Source: an uncultured delta proteobacterium (GTDB lineage: Bacteria; Desulfobacterota; Binatia; UBA9968). Taken from it: a stretch of DNA of 64,000 nt. The translations under genes and the position numbers were made by a program. Every line of letters begins with the position of its first letter. Position 1 is the first letter of the stretch. The DNA is taken from the NCBI GenBank assembly GCA_963745035.1, contig CAVUVW010000025.1, forward strand, positions 32,001 to 96,000. The letters are read 5' to 3'. This document shows, one piece after another, positions 18,762 to 27,835 of this stretch. Below the pieces are notes generated by a model that was not told where the DNA came from, made no database searches, and saw nothing but the letters and a program-made list of their open reading frames with translations.

Positions 18762-18791
18762 GTAGGGGGGCGATCGGCCCGTAGCCCCTAC
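18762..18791. repeat. GTAG-type REP-like palindrome
   Basis: GTAGGGGGGCGATCGGCCCGTAGCCCCTAC has GTAG...CTAC ends and overlaps the permease stop. A degenerate half-copy TAGGGACAAGCGCCGCCTG lies at 18708-18726. Confidence 0.6.
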
Positions 18792-20003
18792 TCGTATCGG
18801 AGCGCATCGATGGGATCGAGATTCGCCGCCTTTTTGGCGGGATAGAAGCCGAAGAAAATACCCACGGCGCCGGAGAACACAAAGGCGATGACGACGATGG
18901 ACGGATCGATGAGGGTCGGCCACTGCGCCCAATCTTTGAGGATCTCCGAGCTGCCGATACCGAGCAGGACGCCGATCACACCCCCGGTGGCGGCCATCAC
19001 CACCGCCTCGACGAGAAATTGCAGCATGATATCGCGGCTGCGCGCGCCGACGGCCATGCGGATACCGATCTCGCGGGTGCGCTCGGTCACGGACACGAGC
19101 ATGATGTTCATGATGCCGATGCCGCCGACCAGCAGGGAGATCGACGCCACGCTGCCGAGCAGCACCGCCATCACGCGGGCGCTGGTCGTGGCCGCCTCGG
19201 CGATATCGGACAGATTGCGCACGTTGAAATCGTCGTCGCGATCGGAACCGATGCGGTGGCGCTGGCGCAGGAGCGAAGTGATTTGCTCTTCGGCCTCCGC
19301 CACGCGCTCCGCGCTGACGGCCTTGACGACGATGCTTTGCAGCCAGGTGATGCGCATGAGCCGTTTCTGCATGGTCGTGTACGGAACCATCACCGTATCG
19401 TCTTGGTCCGTACCCTGGCCGGTCTGCCCTTTCGCCGCGAGCACGCCGACCACGCGAAAGGGGATATTGCGTATCCGGATCACCGCGTCGATGGGATCGT
19501 CGTTGCCGAACAGGTTGCGCACGACGGTTTCGCCGAGCACCACCACCTTGGCGGCGCTTTCCATGTCGCCGTCGTGGAGGAATCGTCCCGAGGCGATCTG
19601 CCACTCGCGGATGTGCTGAAACTCCGGCGCCACTCCCTGTGCGACCGTGCCCCAATTGAGATTTCCCGCGACCAGTTGCTCCGACCGGCGTAGCACCGGC
19701 GAGGCATAGGCGACCGCGCGAACTTCGCTCAGAATCGCTCTCGCGTCGCCGTCCACCAATGTATTGACGCTGCCGAAGCCCACGCGCACACCACCCTGAT
19801 TCGGTGCTGCCGGGCATGATGATCAGGACGTTGGTGCCGAGGCTCGCGATCTGCGCGCGAATCGTCGCTTTGGCGCCTTCGCCGATGGCCACCATCGCGA
19901 TCACCGCGCCGACGCCGATGATGATGCCGAGCATGGTCAAAAAGGCGCGCAGCTTGTTGCGCGCCAAAGCGCGCAGTGCGATGCGCAGAGTCATCAGCCA
20001 CAT
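18788..20003 (-). CDS. MacB/FtsX-family ABC permease, one frameshift near 19800
   Basis: N-terminal [24 protein letters not shown] in one frame; [28 protein letters not shown] and [10 protein letters not shown] in the next. Removing one base near 19802 restores a single ORF. Confidence 0.85.
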
Positions 20004-20129
20004 AAGAAGACCAGAATGCAAAAGTAAAAAAGCAAGCCCAGGACTCGGGTTTGTAACCAATGGCTTTCTCGGGCAGCGCTTACGCTTCGGTAATCTCGGT
20101 TCCACATGCCGATCATCGGTCGCTCTACT

Positions 20130-20843
20130 TCAAACGGCCGGTCGATCCCAGCTTACAAGCTTGCGCTCGTCGGAGACGATCAGGCCGTCTTTGAATAGCA
20201 CGCTGCGCTGCGCGTAGTCGGCGATGTCGTGCTCGTGGGTGACCAGAACGACGGTCATGCGCTGTTCGGCGTTGAGCCGTTGGAACAAGGTCATGATTTC
20301 ATGGCTGGTCGCAGAGTCGAGATTGCCGGTCGGCTCATCGGCGAGAATCAAGGACGGGCGATTGACCAGCGCTCTGGCGATCGCGACACGCTGCTGCTGG
20401 CCGCCGGAAAGCTGGTTCGGCATGTGATCGAGACGCTGCGCGAGCCCGACGAGCGAGAGGACTTCGACCGCGCGCTCCCTGCGCTGGGCGCCCGCCAGCC
20501 CGTTGTACATCGTCGGCAGCTCAACGTTCTCCAAGGCGGTGGTGCGGGTCAGAAGATTGAATCCCTGAAAGACAAAGCCGATGCGTCGATTGCGGATATG
20601 TGCCCAGTGATCGCGCGACAGCGAGCCGACCTCCTGGCCTTCGAGAAAATAGCGGCCCCGGGTCGGGCGATCGAGGCAGCCCAAAATGTTCATCAAGGTC
20701 GATTTACCGGAGCCCGACGCGCCCATGATCGCGACGAACTCGCCGCCGTCGATCGCCAGGTTGACGCCGCGCAAAGCCGGCACATCGACGTCGCCCATGC
20801 GATAGGTTTTATGCAGGTCCTCGACGCGGATGACTTCGCTCAT
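20130..20843 (-). CDS. ABC transporter ATP-binding protein (MacB/LolD type)
   Basis: [36 protein letters not shown]. Confidence 0.92.
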   Translation of the reverse strand: MSEVIRVEDLHKTYRMGDVDVPALRGVNLAIDGGEFVAIMGASGSGKSTLMNILGCLDRPTRGRYFLEGQEVGSLSRDHWAHIRNRRIGFVFQGFNLLTRTTALENVELPTMYNGLAGAQRRERAVEVLSLVGLAQRLDHMPNQLSGGQQQRVAIARALVNRPSLILADEPTGNLDSATSHEIMTLFQRLNAEQRMTVVLVTHEHDIADYAQRSVLFKDGLIVSDERKLVSWDRPAV

Positions 20844-22148
20844 CGAAAGCCGCCCAAGCCGGGCCCACGCTGCGGAGAGGGCTGGAAAGGATTGGCCACC
20901 CCCGGCTGGTTGGCGACCGCCGCGGCGCTCGAAGTCGCGATGATCAGCGGATCGTTCTCGTTGAGCCCGCTGCGCACTTCGGTGCGCGATCCGTCGGTGA
21001 TGCCGAGTTGAACTTCGACCGGCTGGGCTTTATTGTCCTTCAGCAGATAAACGGTAGCACGCCGGTTGCCTCTCGCGCCGCCCGCGCCACCGCCCGCCCC
21101 CGCGGCGCGGCTCGTTCGTCGCGTGCCGACGGGTTTGGCCACCCGGCTCCGTTCCTGGCGCAAGATGTCCTCCGCCTCGTCTTTCTGGTCCGGCGGTTTA
21201 AAGCGCATCGCCATGTTGGGGATCGTCAGGATGTCTTCCTGCCGGCTCACCAGGAACTGCACGTTGGCGGTCATGCCGGGCTTGAGCAGCAATTCCTTGT
21301 TGTCGATTCGCGCCACGGCGTTGTACGTGACCACGCCCTGGACGTTGACCGGCGCGTGGCGCACCTGGTAGACGTTGCCGCGGAAGCGCCGCGCCGGAAA
21401 CGCGTCGACGGTGAACGTGACTTCCTGACCCTCCCAAACATTGCCGACGTCGGCCTCATCCACGTTGGAATGCACTTCCATCTTGGAGAGGTCGTTGGCG
21501 ATCGTGAACAAGGTCGGCGCCTGCAGCGACGCCGCCACCGTTTGGCCGACGTCGACGTTGCGGGAAATCACCATGCCGTCGACGGGAGAACGAATGGTCG
21601 TATTGTTAAGGTCCACCGAAACTTGATTGATCGCGGCCTGGGCCTGCGCCACCTGGGCTTTATTGACTTCGAGTTGCGCGACCGCGGCGTCGTAGGCGAC
21701 TTGCGCCGCGTCGAGATCGCTTTGCGCCGTCAGCTCGCGCTTGCGCAGCTCGCGCGTTCTCTCCAACGTGCGGCCGGCGTCCTCGACGCTGACCTTGGCC
21801 TTGGCCACGCTCGACTGCGCGGCGATCAAATTGGCCCGCGCCTGATCCACCGCGGCCTTGATACTTGTCCTGATTGAGTTGGGCGACCACCTCACCGGCT
21901 TTCACCTTCGAATTGAAGTTGGCAAAAAGCTTCTCGATGGTTCCGGAAACCTGGCTGCCCACCTGCACCGTGACGCCGGCCTGAAGAGTGCCGGTGGAAG
22001 CGACCACCTGGGTAATGCTGCCGCGCTGCACCGGCACGGTGACGAAAGGAACTTCGTTCGCGCTTTCGCCCAAGCGCCAATAGGCGACCCCGGCGCCGCC
22101 CGCGAGCAGCAGCGGCACTATCATGAACAGAATTTTTTTTGGCTTCAT
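20840..22148 (-). CDS. MacA/HlyD-family periplasmic adaptor, one frameshift near 21862
   Basis: [19 protein letters not shown] in one frame; [28 protein letters not shown] and LKPGMTANV in the other. Removing one base in AAGTATCAAG restores the frame. Confidence 0.85.
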
Positions 22149-22621
22149 GGCGTGTCGCGCAGCAGGCGAAATACTTTGCTTGCAAAGTCGTTCGGATCGC
22201 GCTTGCTCAGGCGCCTGTATGTCAGCCCGGTGGTGATCTCGGCGTTGGCTTCCTGGTCCTCGATCACTTCTTCGAGAGCGATGCGAAACCGCGATACCGG
22301 GGCGGCGCCGGTCATCTGATACTCGAGCTCGCGCGCGCTGCCCTTGAGATAATAATTGACCTGATAGTCGCTTACCATGAGCGTGATCTTTCCCGCCCGC
22401 CGCAGGTTCTTCGCCGTCGAGCTGTCCTTCCACACCGCGGTGTCGAGAGACGCGGGATCTTTGGCGACGAGCTCATAGTAAGACAATAGCGCCGGGTGCG
22501 CCCAGCCGCCCTCATCGAGGGTAAAGACCGGAATGATTTTGCCTTCATGCGTCTCGATCTGCGCGCCGGCTAAGCGCTCGAACAGCGCCGGCGTCAGTTC
22601 TTTTCCCAAAAGTTGCGACAT
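22145..22621 (-). CDS. Split-barrel (pyridoxamine 5'-phosphate oxidase-like) flavin-binding protein
   Basis: TLDEGGWAHPALLS...SSTAKNLRRAGKITL pattern; start judged to be ATG 22621. Confidence 0.7.
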   Translation of the reverse strand: MSQLLGKELTPALFERLAGAQIETHEGKIIPVFTLDEGGWAHPALLSYYELVAKDPASLDTAVWKDSSTAKNLRRAGKITLMVSDYQVNYYLKGSARELEYQMTGAAPVSRFRIALEEVIEDQEANAEITTGLTYRRLSKRDPNDFASKVFRLLRDTP

Positions 22622-23124
22622 GATCGACCTCTTGCTCGTCCAACGGCGCTTATATGCGCCAGCTCGAGCTCCTGTCTTTTGCCGAACCCCTGCGCGTTGT
22701 CGATGAAGAAAACTTTCTCCGGCGCCACCCGATAGAACTTCACCTTGAGAAAGGCTTTGTGAAAAATGCCGCTCGACGGATCGGTGAAGAGCCGGATCAC
22801 GTCGGCATACTTGCGCGCGTAGACCGCCATCGCCTGGGCTTTCTCGATGACGCCATCGACCGGCATGACTTTGCCTTCGAGCTGAATGCCCTGGATCGCG
22901 CGCCAATCCTTGTAGTCTTCCTGCACCGTCACCGCGACGCGGGAATTGGCCGAAAGGTTGACCGAGTGGCGCGCGTCGGGGGAGGAAAAAAAATAGAGCT
23001 GCAAATCGTCGCTCGCGTAGAAAACCGTCGCCGCCCACGGCACGTCGCCGGCGCAGGTCGCCAAAGTCATGGTGTTATGCGCCTGGAGGTAGTCGAGAAT
23101 CTGCCGTTTTAGTTCCCGAGACAT
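22594..23124 (-). CDS. Split-barrel (PNPOx/YhbP-like) FMN-binding protein
   Basis: TMTLAT..PWAATVFY..LYFFS...RH..NL..NSRVAVTV..IQGIQLEG; IDNAQGFG. Confidence 0.8.
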   Translation of the reverse strand: MSRELKRQILDYLQAHNTMTLATCAGDVPWAATVFYASDDLQLYFFSSPDARHSVNLSANSRVAVTVQEDYKDWRAIQGIQLEGKVMPVDGVIEKAQAMAVYARKYADVIRLFTDPSSGIFHKAFLKVKFYRVAPEKVFFIDNAQGFGKRQELELAHISAVGRARGRSCRNFWEKN

Positions 23125-23169
23125 CGTTGCCCCCGCGGCCGCCATTCGAGCAAACCGGCTAACGGCCGA

Positions 23170-24226
23170 TCAAGGCCGCCCAACCCGCGCCAGCGAAACC
23201 CGGCTCAATTCGCCAAGGTCTTTGGCGCCGACGCAGAGCATGCTGACTTTGAGCTCATGGATCACACCGGCTAGCAATTCTACCACCTTGTCGGCAGACT
23301 CCAAAGCCGCCTCCAACAAGGGCTGTCCGAGCGCCGCCAGATTCGCTCCGAGGGCGACCGACTTGGCGATATCCACCCCTGTGCGAATGCCGCCAGAGGC
23401 AATGAGCGGCATATCCGGCAGGGCTTTGCGCACGCTGATCAGCGCCTCCTCGGTGGGAATCCCCCAGTCGATAAACGCCGTGTCGGCGCGCCCGCCCCGC
23501 TTGGCGGCGCGCTGCGCCTCGACCGCCGACCAGGAGGTGCCGCCTTTGCCGGCGATATCGATGGCCGCGACCCCGGCGCGCTGCAAGTCGCTCGGCGACG
23601 TCGACCGAGATGCCGTTCCCGACTTCCTTGGCGATGACCGGCAGATCGAGCTCACGGCACACCGCCGCGATCTTCGCGGTCAATCCCTTGAAGTTTCGGT
23701 TGCCCTCGATCTGCACCGCTTCCTGGAGAACGTTTAGATGAAGAATCAGGCCGTCGGCGCCGATCATCGCCGCGGCGCGCCGGCATTGCTCGATACCGTA
23801 GCCGTAGTTGAGCTGTACGGCGCCGAGATTGCCGAAAAGTAAAATGTCGGGCGCCACGTCGCGCACCTGAAACGTGGTTTCCGCCGAAGGTTCCTCGACG
23901 GCGACGCGCTGCGAGCCGACGCCCATGGCTAAGCCCAAGGTCTGGGCCGCCGCCGCCAGATTGCGATTCACTTTGCGGGCAAGATCGAACCCGCCGGTCA
24001 TCGAGGAAATGAGGATCGGTGCCCGGAGCCGCTTGCCGAGGAAGACGGTACCGATATCGATCTCATCGATGTCGAGCTCGGGGAGCGCATTATGCACGAA
24101 GCGGTAGGCTTCCAGTCCCGTGGTCGAAGGACCGGCGACCCGCTCCGTGTCCAGACAGAGCTCGAGGTGCTCCTTTTTGCGTTTTTGGGTTTGCGTGAGG
24201 GCGCTCTTGGCCCTGCGGGTCGCCAT
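23170..24226 (-). CDS. fni: Type 2 (FMN-dependent) isopentenyl-diphosphate delta-isomerase, one frameshift near 23586
   Basis: [38 protein letters not shown] and KEVGNG in one frame; [15 protein letters not shown] and IASGGIRTG in the next. Confidence 0.9.
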
Positions 24227-24247
24227 GATCGCGGAGCGCCGGATCGG

Positions 24248-24901
24248 TCACCGCTGCTTCTTTGCGGCTTGGCGATCTTTAATCGCGGCGACGGTGGGAG
24301 CCTTGGCCGCGTCGGGGTGACGGCTCATGCCCGCGTCGTCCCAGCGATGAAAAAGTTTAACGTCGATGTCGAATTGATCGAGGATGCGGGCCACCGTCTG
24401 ATTGATGATGTCATCCAATGTCTTTGGGCGATGGTAGAAAGCGGGCACGGGCGGAAAAATCATCGCGCCCATTTTCGTAAGCGATACCATCGCTTCCAGA
24501 TGACCGAGGTGAAGCGGCGTCTCGCGCACCACGAGAACCAGTTTTTTCCGTTCCTTTAAGACTACGTCGGCGGCGCGCACGAGCAGATCCCCGCCGAGTG
24601 AGTGGGCGATGCCGCCCATGGATTTCATCGAGCACGGCGCGATCACCATGCCTGCCGTGCGAAACGAGCCGCTGGAAATACTCGCACCGACGTTGTTGAC
24701 GTCGTGCACCACGTCGGCCATGGCTTCGACGTCCTTCACCGAGTAAGGGGTTTCCACCTGAATCGTCATCTTCCCGGCTTTGCTCAAGACCAGATGCGTT
24801 TCGATGTCCTCGATCTTGGATAAAATTTCGAGCATGCGCACACCGTAAACTGCGCCGGTGGCGCCGGAAATGGCAACGATCAATCGCTTTTGTTTAGTCA
24901 A
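24248..24901 (-). CDS. ubiX: Flavin prenyltransferase UbiX
   Basis: ISGATG, ISSGS, IAPCSMKS, RAADVVLKE, RETPL, PAFY. Confidence 0.95.
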   Translation of the reverse strand: MTKQKRLIVAISGATGAVYGVRMLEILSKIEDIETHLVLSKAGKMTIQVETPYSVKDVEAMADVVHDVNNVGASISSGSFRTAGMVIAPCSMKSMGGIAHSLGGDLLVRAADVVLKERKKLVLVVRETPLHLGHLEAMVSLTKMGAMIFPPVPAFYHRPKTLDDIINQTVARILDQFDIDVKLFHRWDDAGMSRHPDAAKAPTVAAIKDRQAAKKQR

Positions 24902-25311
24902 CTGAGAAACTCCAATGTAATCGCATCGCCGTCGCGCACGCCGAGGTGATCTTTCAAACGCACCGGCGCAACAATTTCGATTTTGTCGCTTGGATAATCT
25001 TTCACTTCAGGAACGAGTATTGCTCCCGCGATTTTTCCGCGATTTTTACCAACGACGCCGAGTATCTCGACCGGATAGAGGCGCGCGTTGCAAAAACCGC
25101 CCTCCTCCGATGCCAGCGGCAAGCCGGCAGATTGCCCTTGCAGGCGCCGCCAAGTCTCCTCATCTTCCGCGGCTTTGGGCCGAACATTGAGCGTGGCAGG
25201 GAACGGCGCAAAGCCAAGGCTCTGTTTGAGCGCAATCTGAACCCAATCAAGAGACATGAACGATCTCGCCAATCCTAAGTCGGAGAAAATGACTCCGGTC
25301 ATGCGCGTCAT
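24898..25311 (-). CDS. ribK: Archaeal-type CTP-dependent riboflavin kinase-like protein (DUF120)
   Basis: GVIFSDLGLARSF...LGFAPFPATLNV...EIVAPVRLKDHLGVRDGDAITL follows the archaeal RibK layout (SGLGEG...YPGTLN...EIIAP..LR...L.DGD), with diverged glycines. Confidence 0.7.
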   Translation of the reverse strand: MTRMTGVIFSDLGLARSFMSLDWVQIALKQSLGFAPFPATLNVRPKAAEDEETWRRLQGQSAGLPLASEEGGFCNARLYPVEILGVVGKNRGKIAGAILVPEVKDYPSDKIEIVAPVRLKDHLGVRDGDAITLEFLS

Positions 25312-25321
25312 CTATTCTGCT

Positions 25322-26095
25322 CTAATGACCGGAAAGCGAGGCCGCCGCCCCGCCGCGCCGTACTTTTATGACCTCGCCCAGGATCGCCGCGGCGATCTCG
25401 GCCGGAGTCTCTGTGCCGATGTCCAGGCCGATGGGCGCATAGACTCTTTCGATCAACTCCTCGGAGATCTTGTCCTCGTCGCGAAATCTTTGAAAGCACG
25501 CCTTGATGCGCCGCCGGCTGCCGATCATGCCGATGTATTTTGCCCGGCTCGGCAGCACCACGCGCAGGCAAGGCTCGTCGTAGGCATGGCCGCGGGTGAT
25601 CAGCACGATGTAACACGACGGCGTGAGGGTCATCTCCCTGAGCATCTGCGCCATGTCACCGACCAAGACTTCATCGGCGTCGGGGAAGCGCTCACGATTG
25701 GCGTAGAGCAGACGATCGTCGATCACGATCACGTAAAAATCCAAAACTTTGGCCATCCTGACCAACGGCACCGCGATATGTCCGGCGCCGACCACGATCA
25801 GTTTCGGCGGCGCCGGCATCACTTCGAAAAAGACCTCGAGCTTGGCCCCGGTCTCGGGAACGTCGAGCGCGACGAGCTGAGACTTCTCCGCGCGAAGGCG
25901 CGCGGCGCTTTCCAGGCGGATCGCTTCGACAACGCGCGCATCGCCGATGGTCTCGCCGACCACCTCGTCCTCGCGCAAGAGACACTTCGCGCCGGGTTCG
26001 ACACTCGCTTTGCCTTCGACCTCGACGACGGTGGCCAGGACCGCGGCCGCGCCTTGATCGTTGATCCGAACCAGTTCTTCGGAGAGCGAGCTCAT
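25322..26095 (-). CDS. XdhC/CoxF-family molybdenum cofactor chaperone (CoxI domain plus Rossmann domain)
   Basis: LIVVGAGHIA, VIDDR, TRGH..D, YIGMIGSRRR, PIGLDIGTETPAEIA; ATG 26095 overlaps the upstream stop (ATGA). Confidence 0.88.
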   Translation of the reverse strand: MSSLSEELVRINDQGAAAVLATVVEVEGKASVEPGAKCLLREDEVVGETIGDARVVEAIRLESAARLRAEKSQLVALDVPETGAKLEVFFEVMPAPPKLIVVGAGHIAVPLVRMAKVLDFYVIVIDDRLLYANRERFPDADEVLVGDMAQMLREMTLTPSCYIVLITRGHAYDEPCLRVVLPSRAKYIGMIGSRRRIKACFQRFRDEDKISEELIERVYAPIGLDIGTETPAEIAAAILGEVIKVRRGGAAASLSGH

Positions 26096-26493
26096 TTTCC
26101 GCCGGTCGCCTCTTGATCGCGTTCCTTCCACCAGGGGTCGATAAAGACGTTCATGATGCCGCCGCAAACCGCCGGGCTGTCCGAGGAGATATCGTCGAGC
26201 AGATCCACCCGCACGGTCCTCGGCTTGCGCGTGCGAATGACTTCAACGGCTTCGCGCTTCACGTCCGCTTCGCCGCAGCCGCCGCCAATGGTGCCGAGGA
26301 TTTCGCCCCAGGCGGTCACCACCATCTTGGCGCCGACTTCGCGCGGCGTCGAGCCCTTGGTCGAGACGATCGTCGCCACCGCCAGCGTCTCACCCTTATC
26401 GAGAAACTCTCTCACCTGATGGTAAATCGAGTCCTTCTTCTTGCCTTCCAAATCGGCATCCGTATAACAAGCGCCTGGTCCTGCCATGATCAT
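26092..26493 (-). CDS. XdhC/CoxI N-terminal domain protein
   Basis: ATIVSTKGSTPREVGAKM, GTIGGGCGE, VCGGIMNVFIDP. Confidence 0.88.
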   Translation of the reverse strand: MIMAGPGACYTDADLEGKKKDSIYHQVREFLDKGETLAVATIVSTKGSTPREVGAKMVVTAWGEILGTIGGGCGEADVKREAVEVIRTRKPRTVRVDLLDDISSDSPAVCGGIMNVFIDPWWKERDQEATGGK

Positions 26494-26516
26494 TCCTCCG
26501 TGTCAGCAAACAAATC

Positions 26517-26604
26517 GGGTCGAGGATGGAGAATGGAGAATAGAGGATCGCAAACTCCAACACGATCTGCTTTATCGATCCTCCATCCTCAATCCTCGAT
26601 CCTC
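26517..26604. repeat. 7-nt-periodic inverted-repeat intergenic element C
   Basis: Left arm gggtcga/ggatgga/gaatgga/gaataga/ggatcgc (26517-26551); right arm tcgatcc/tccatcc/tcaatcc/tcgatcc (26575-26602). Confidence 0.8.
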
Positions 26605-26614
26605 TTTTCCCCGC

Positions 26615-27829
26615 TCACGCCACCATCTTCTGCAGCGTCCGCCCCAACGACACCAAGCTATTCACGTTGTGCACCGACAAAAATAAATCCAGATAAGGCA
26701 GCGCCGCCTGCATGCCCTTACAAAGCGGCTCGTAATTTTCGCTGGCCAAAAGCGGATTGAGCCAGATGATTTTCTTTGCGCGCCGCTTGAGGTCCTGCAT
26801 TTCCCGCTCGAGCAGGCTCACATCACCACGGTCCCAGCCGTCGCTGATGATCACGACCACGGTACGATGGGTCACCATGCTCGGCGCGAAGCTGCGATTG
26901 AACGTATGCAGCGAGCGACCGATGTTGGTACCGCCCGACCAGCCCAGGATGCTGCCGGAAATTTTTTCCAGCGCATTGACGATATCCTTGGTGCGAATCA
27001 GATGGGTGATGCGGCTGAGCGACGTGCTGAAAACAAAAGTCTCCACGCCCCAGAGCTCGTTTTGCAAACCGTACATGAACTGAATCAGAAAGCGGCTGTA
27101 ACAGTCCATCGAGCCGCTGACGTCGCAGAGCAGTACGACGCGGGTCTTCTTGATGCGCCTCTTGCGGTGCACCAGCTCGATCACTTCGCCGCCGTACTTC
27201 ATGCTGCGGCGCATGGTCCAGCGCGGATCGACGGTGTTGCCCTTGCGGCCGAGCTTCTTGCGTCGGCTGATCTGGGTGGCGATCTTGGTCGCGATGAGCA
27301 TGATCGCGCGCGCGATGGCGCGGCTCTCTTCGACACCCATCTCGCTGAAGTCCTTGCGGTTCATGAGCTCCTGCGGGCTGTAGGTCGGAACGGCAAACTC
27401 ATCGAGGTTTTCGAGCTGCAAATTTTCGTTCGCCATCGCCTCGGATGCCGCTTCTTCCAAACCGCCCTCTTCATCGCCGCCCTCGGGCGCATCCGACTCC
27501 GTCGGCGTGCCTTGGATTTCCATGGTCTCCATCGGCATGCGCTCGTAAGTCTGCTCGCGCCAGAAGCAATCGAAGGCCATATCGAAGACCGGAAAATCTT
27601 CCTTTTGCGAGATCAAGTTTGCCCGCAGCAGCGCGCGGAAATCGGCGCGCTCGCCAATATCGACGAGCTCCACCGAGCTGGACGCATCGAGCACCTGGCT
27701 GAGGCTCACTTTGATGCCCAATTGTTTCAGCGCCCGCGCGAACGCCATCACGTTCGGCAAGGTTCCCTTGCCGCGCGCCGATGCCACGCCGCTGACGGCG
27801 CTCGAAACTGTTTCGGGAGTGACGTCCAT
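26615..27829 (-). CDS. coxE: CoxE-like vWA domain protein
   Basis: MIDAS motif DVSGSM, ETFVFST, WSGGTNIG, IISDGWDRG, IWLNPL. Confidence 0.85.
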   Translation of the reverse strand: MDVTPETVSSAVSGVASARGKGTLPNVMAFARALKQLGIKVSLSQVLDASSSVELVDIGERADFRALLRANLISQKEDFPVFDMAFDCFWREQTYERMPMETMEIQGTPTESDAPEGGDEEGGLEEAASEAMANENLQLENLDEFAVPTYSPQELMNRKDFSEMGVEESRAIARAIMLIATKIATQISRRKKLGRKGNTVDPRWTMRRSMKYGGEVIELVHRKRRIKKTRVVLLCDVSGSMDCYSRFLIQFMYGLQNELWGVETFVFSTSLSRITHLIRTKDIVNALEKISGSILGWSGGTNIGRSLHTFNRSFAPSMVTHRTVVVIISDGWDRGDVSLLEREMQDLKRRAKKIIWLNPLLASENYEPLCKGMQAALPYLDLFLSVHNVNSLVSLGRTLQKMVA

Positions 27830-27835
27830 AAAACG

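Noticed and set aside
19790-23590. Programmed ribosomal frameshifting in the permease, adaptor or fni
   Set aside because: No slippery sequences at the breaks, these families are not known for recoding, and the clustering favours sequence error.
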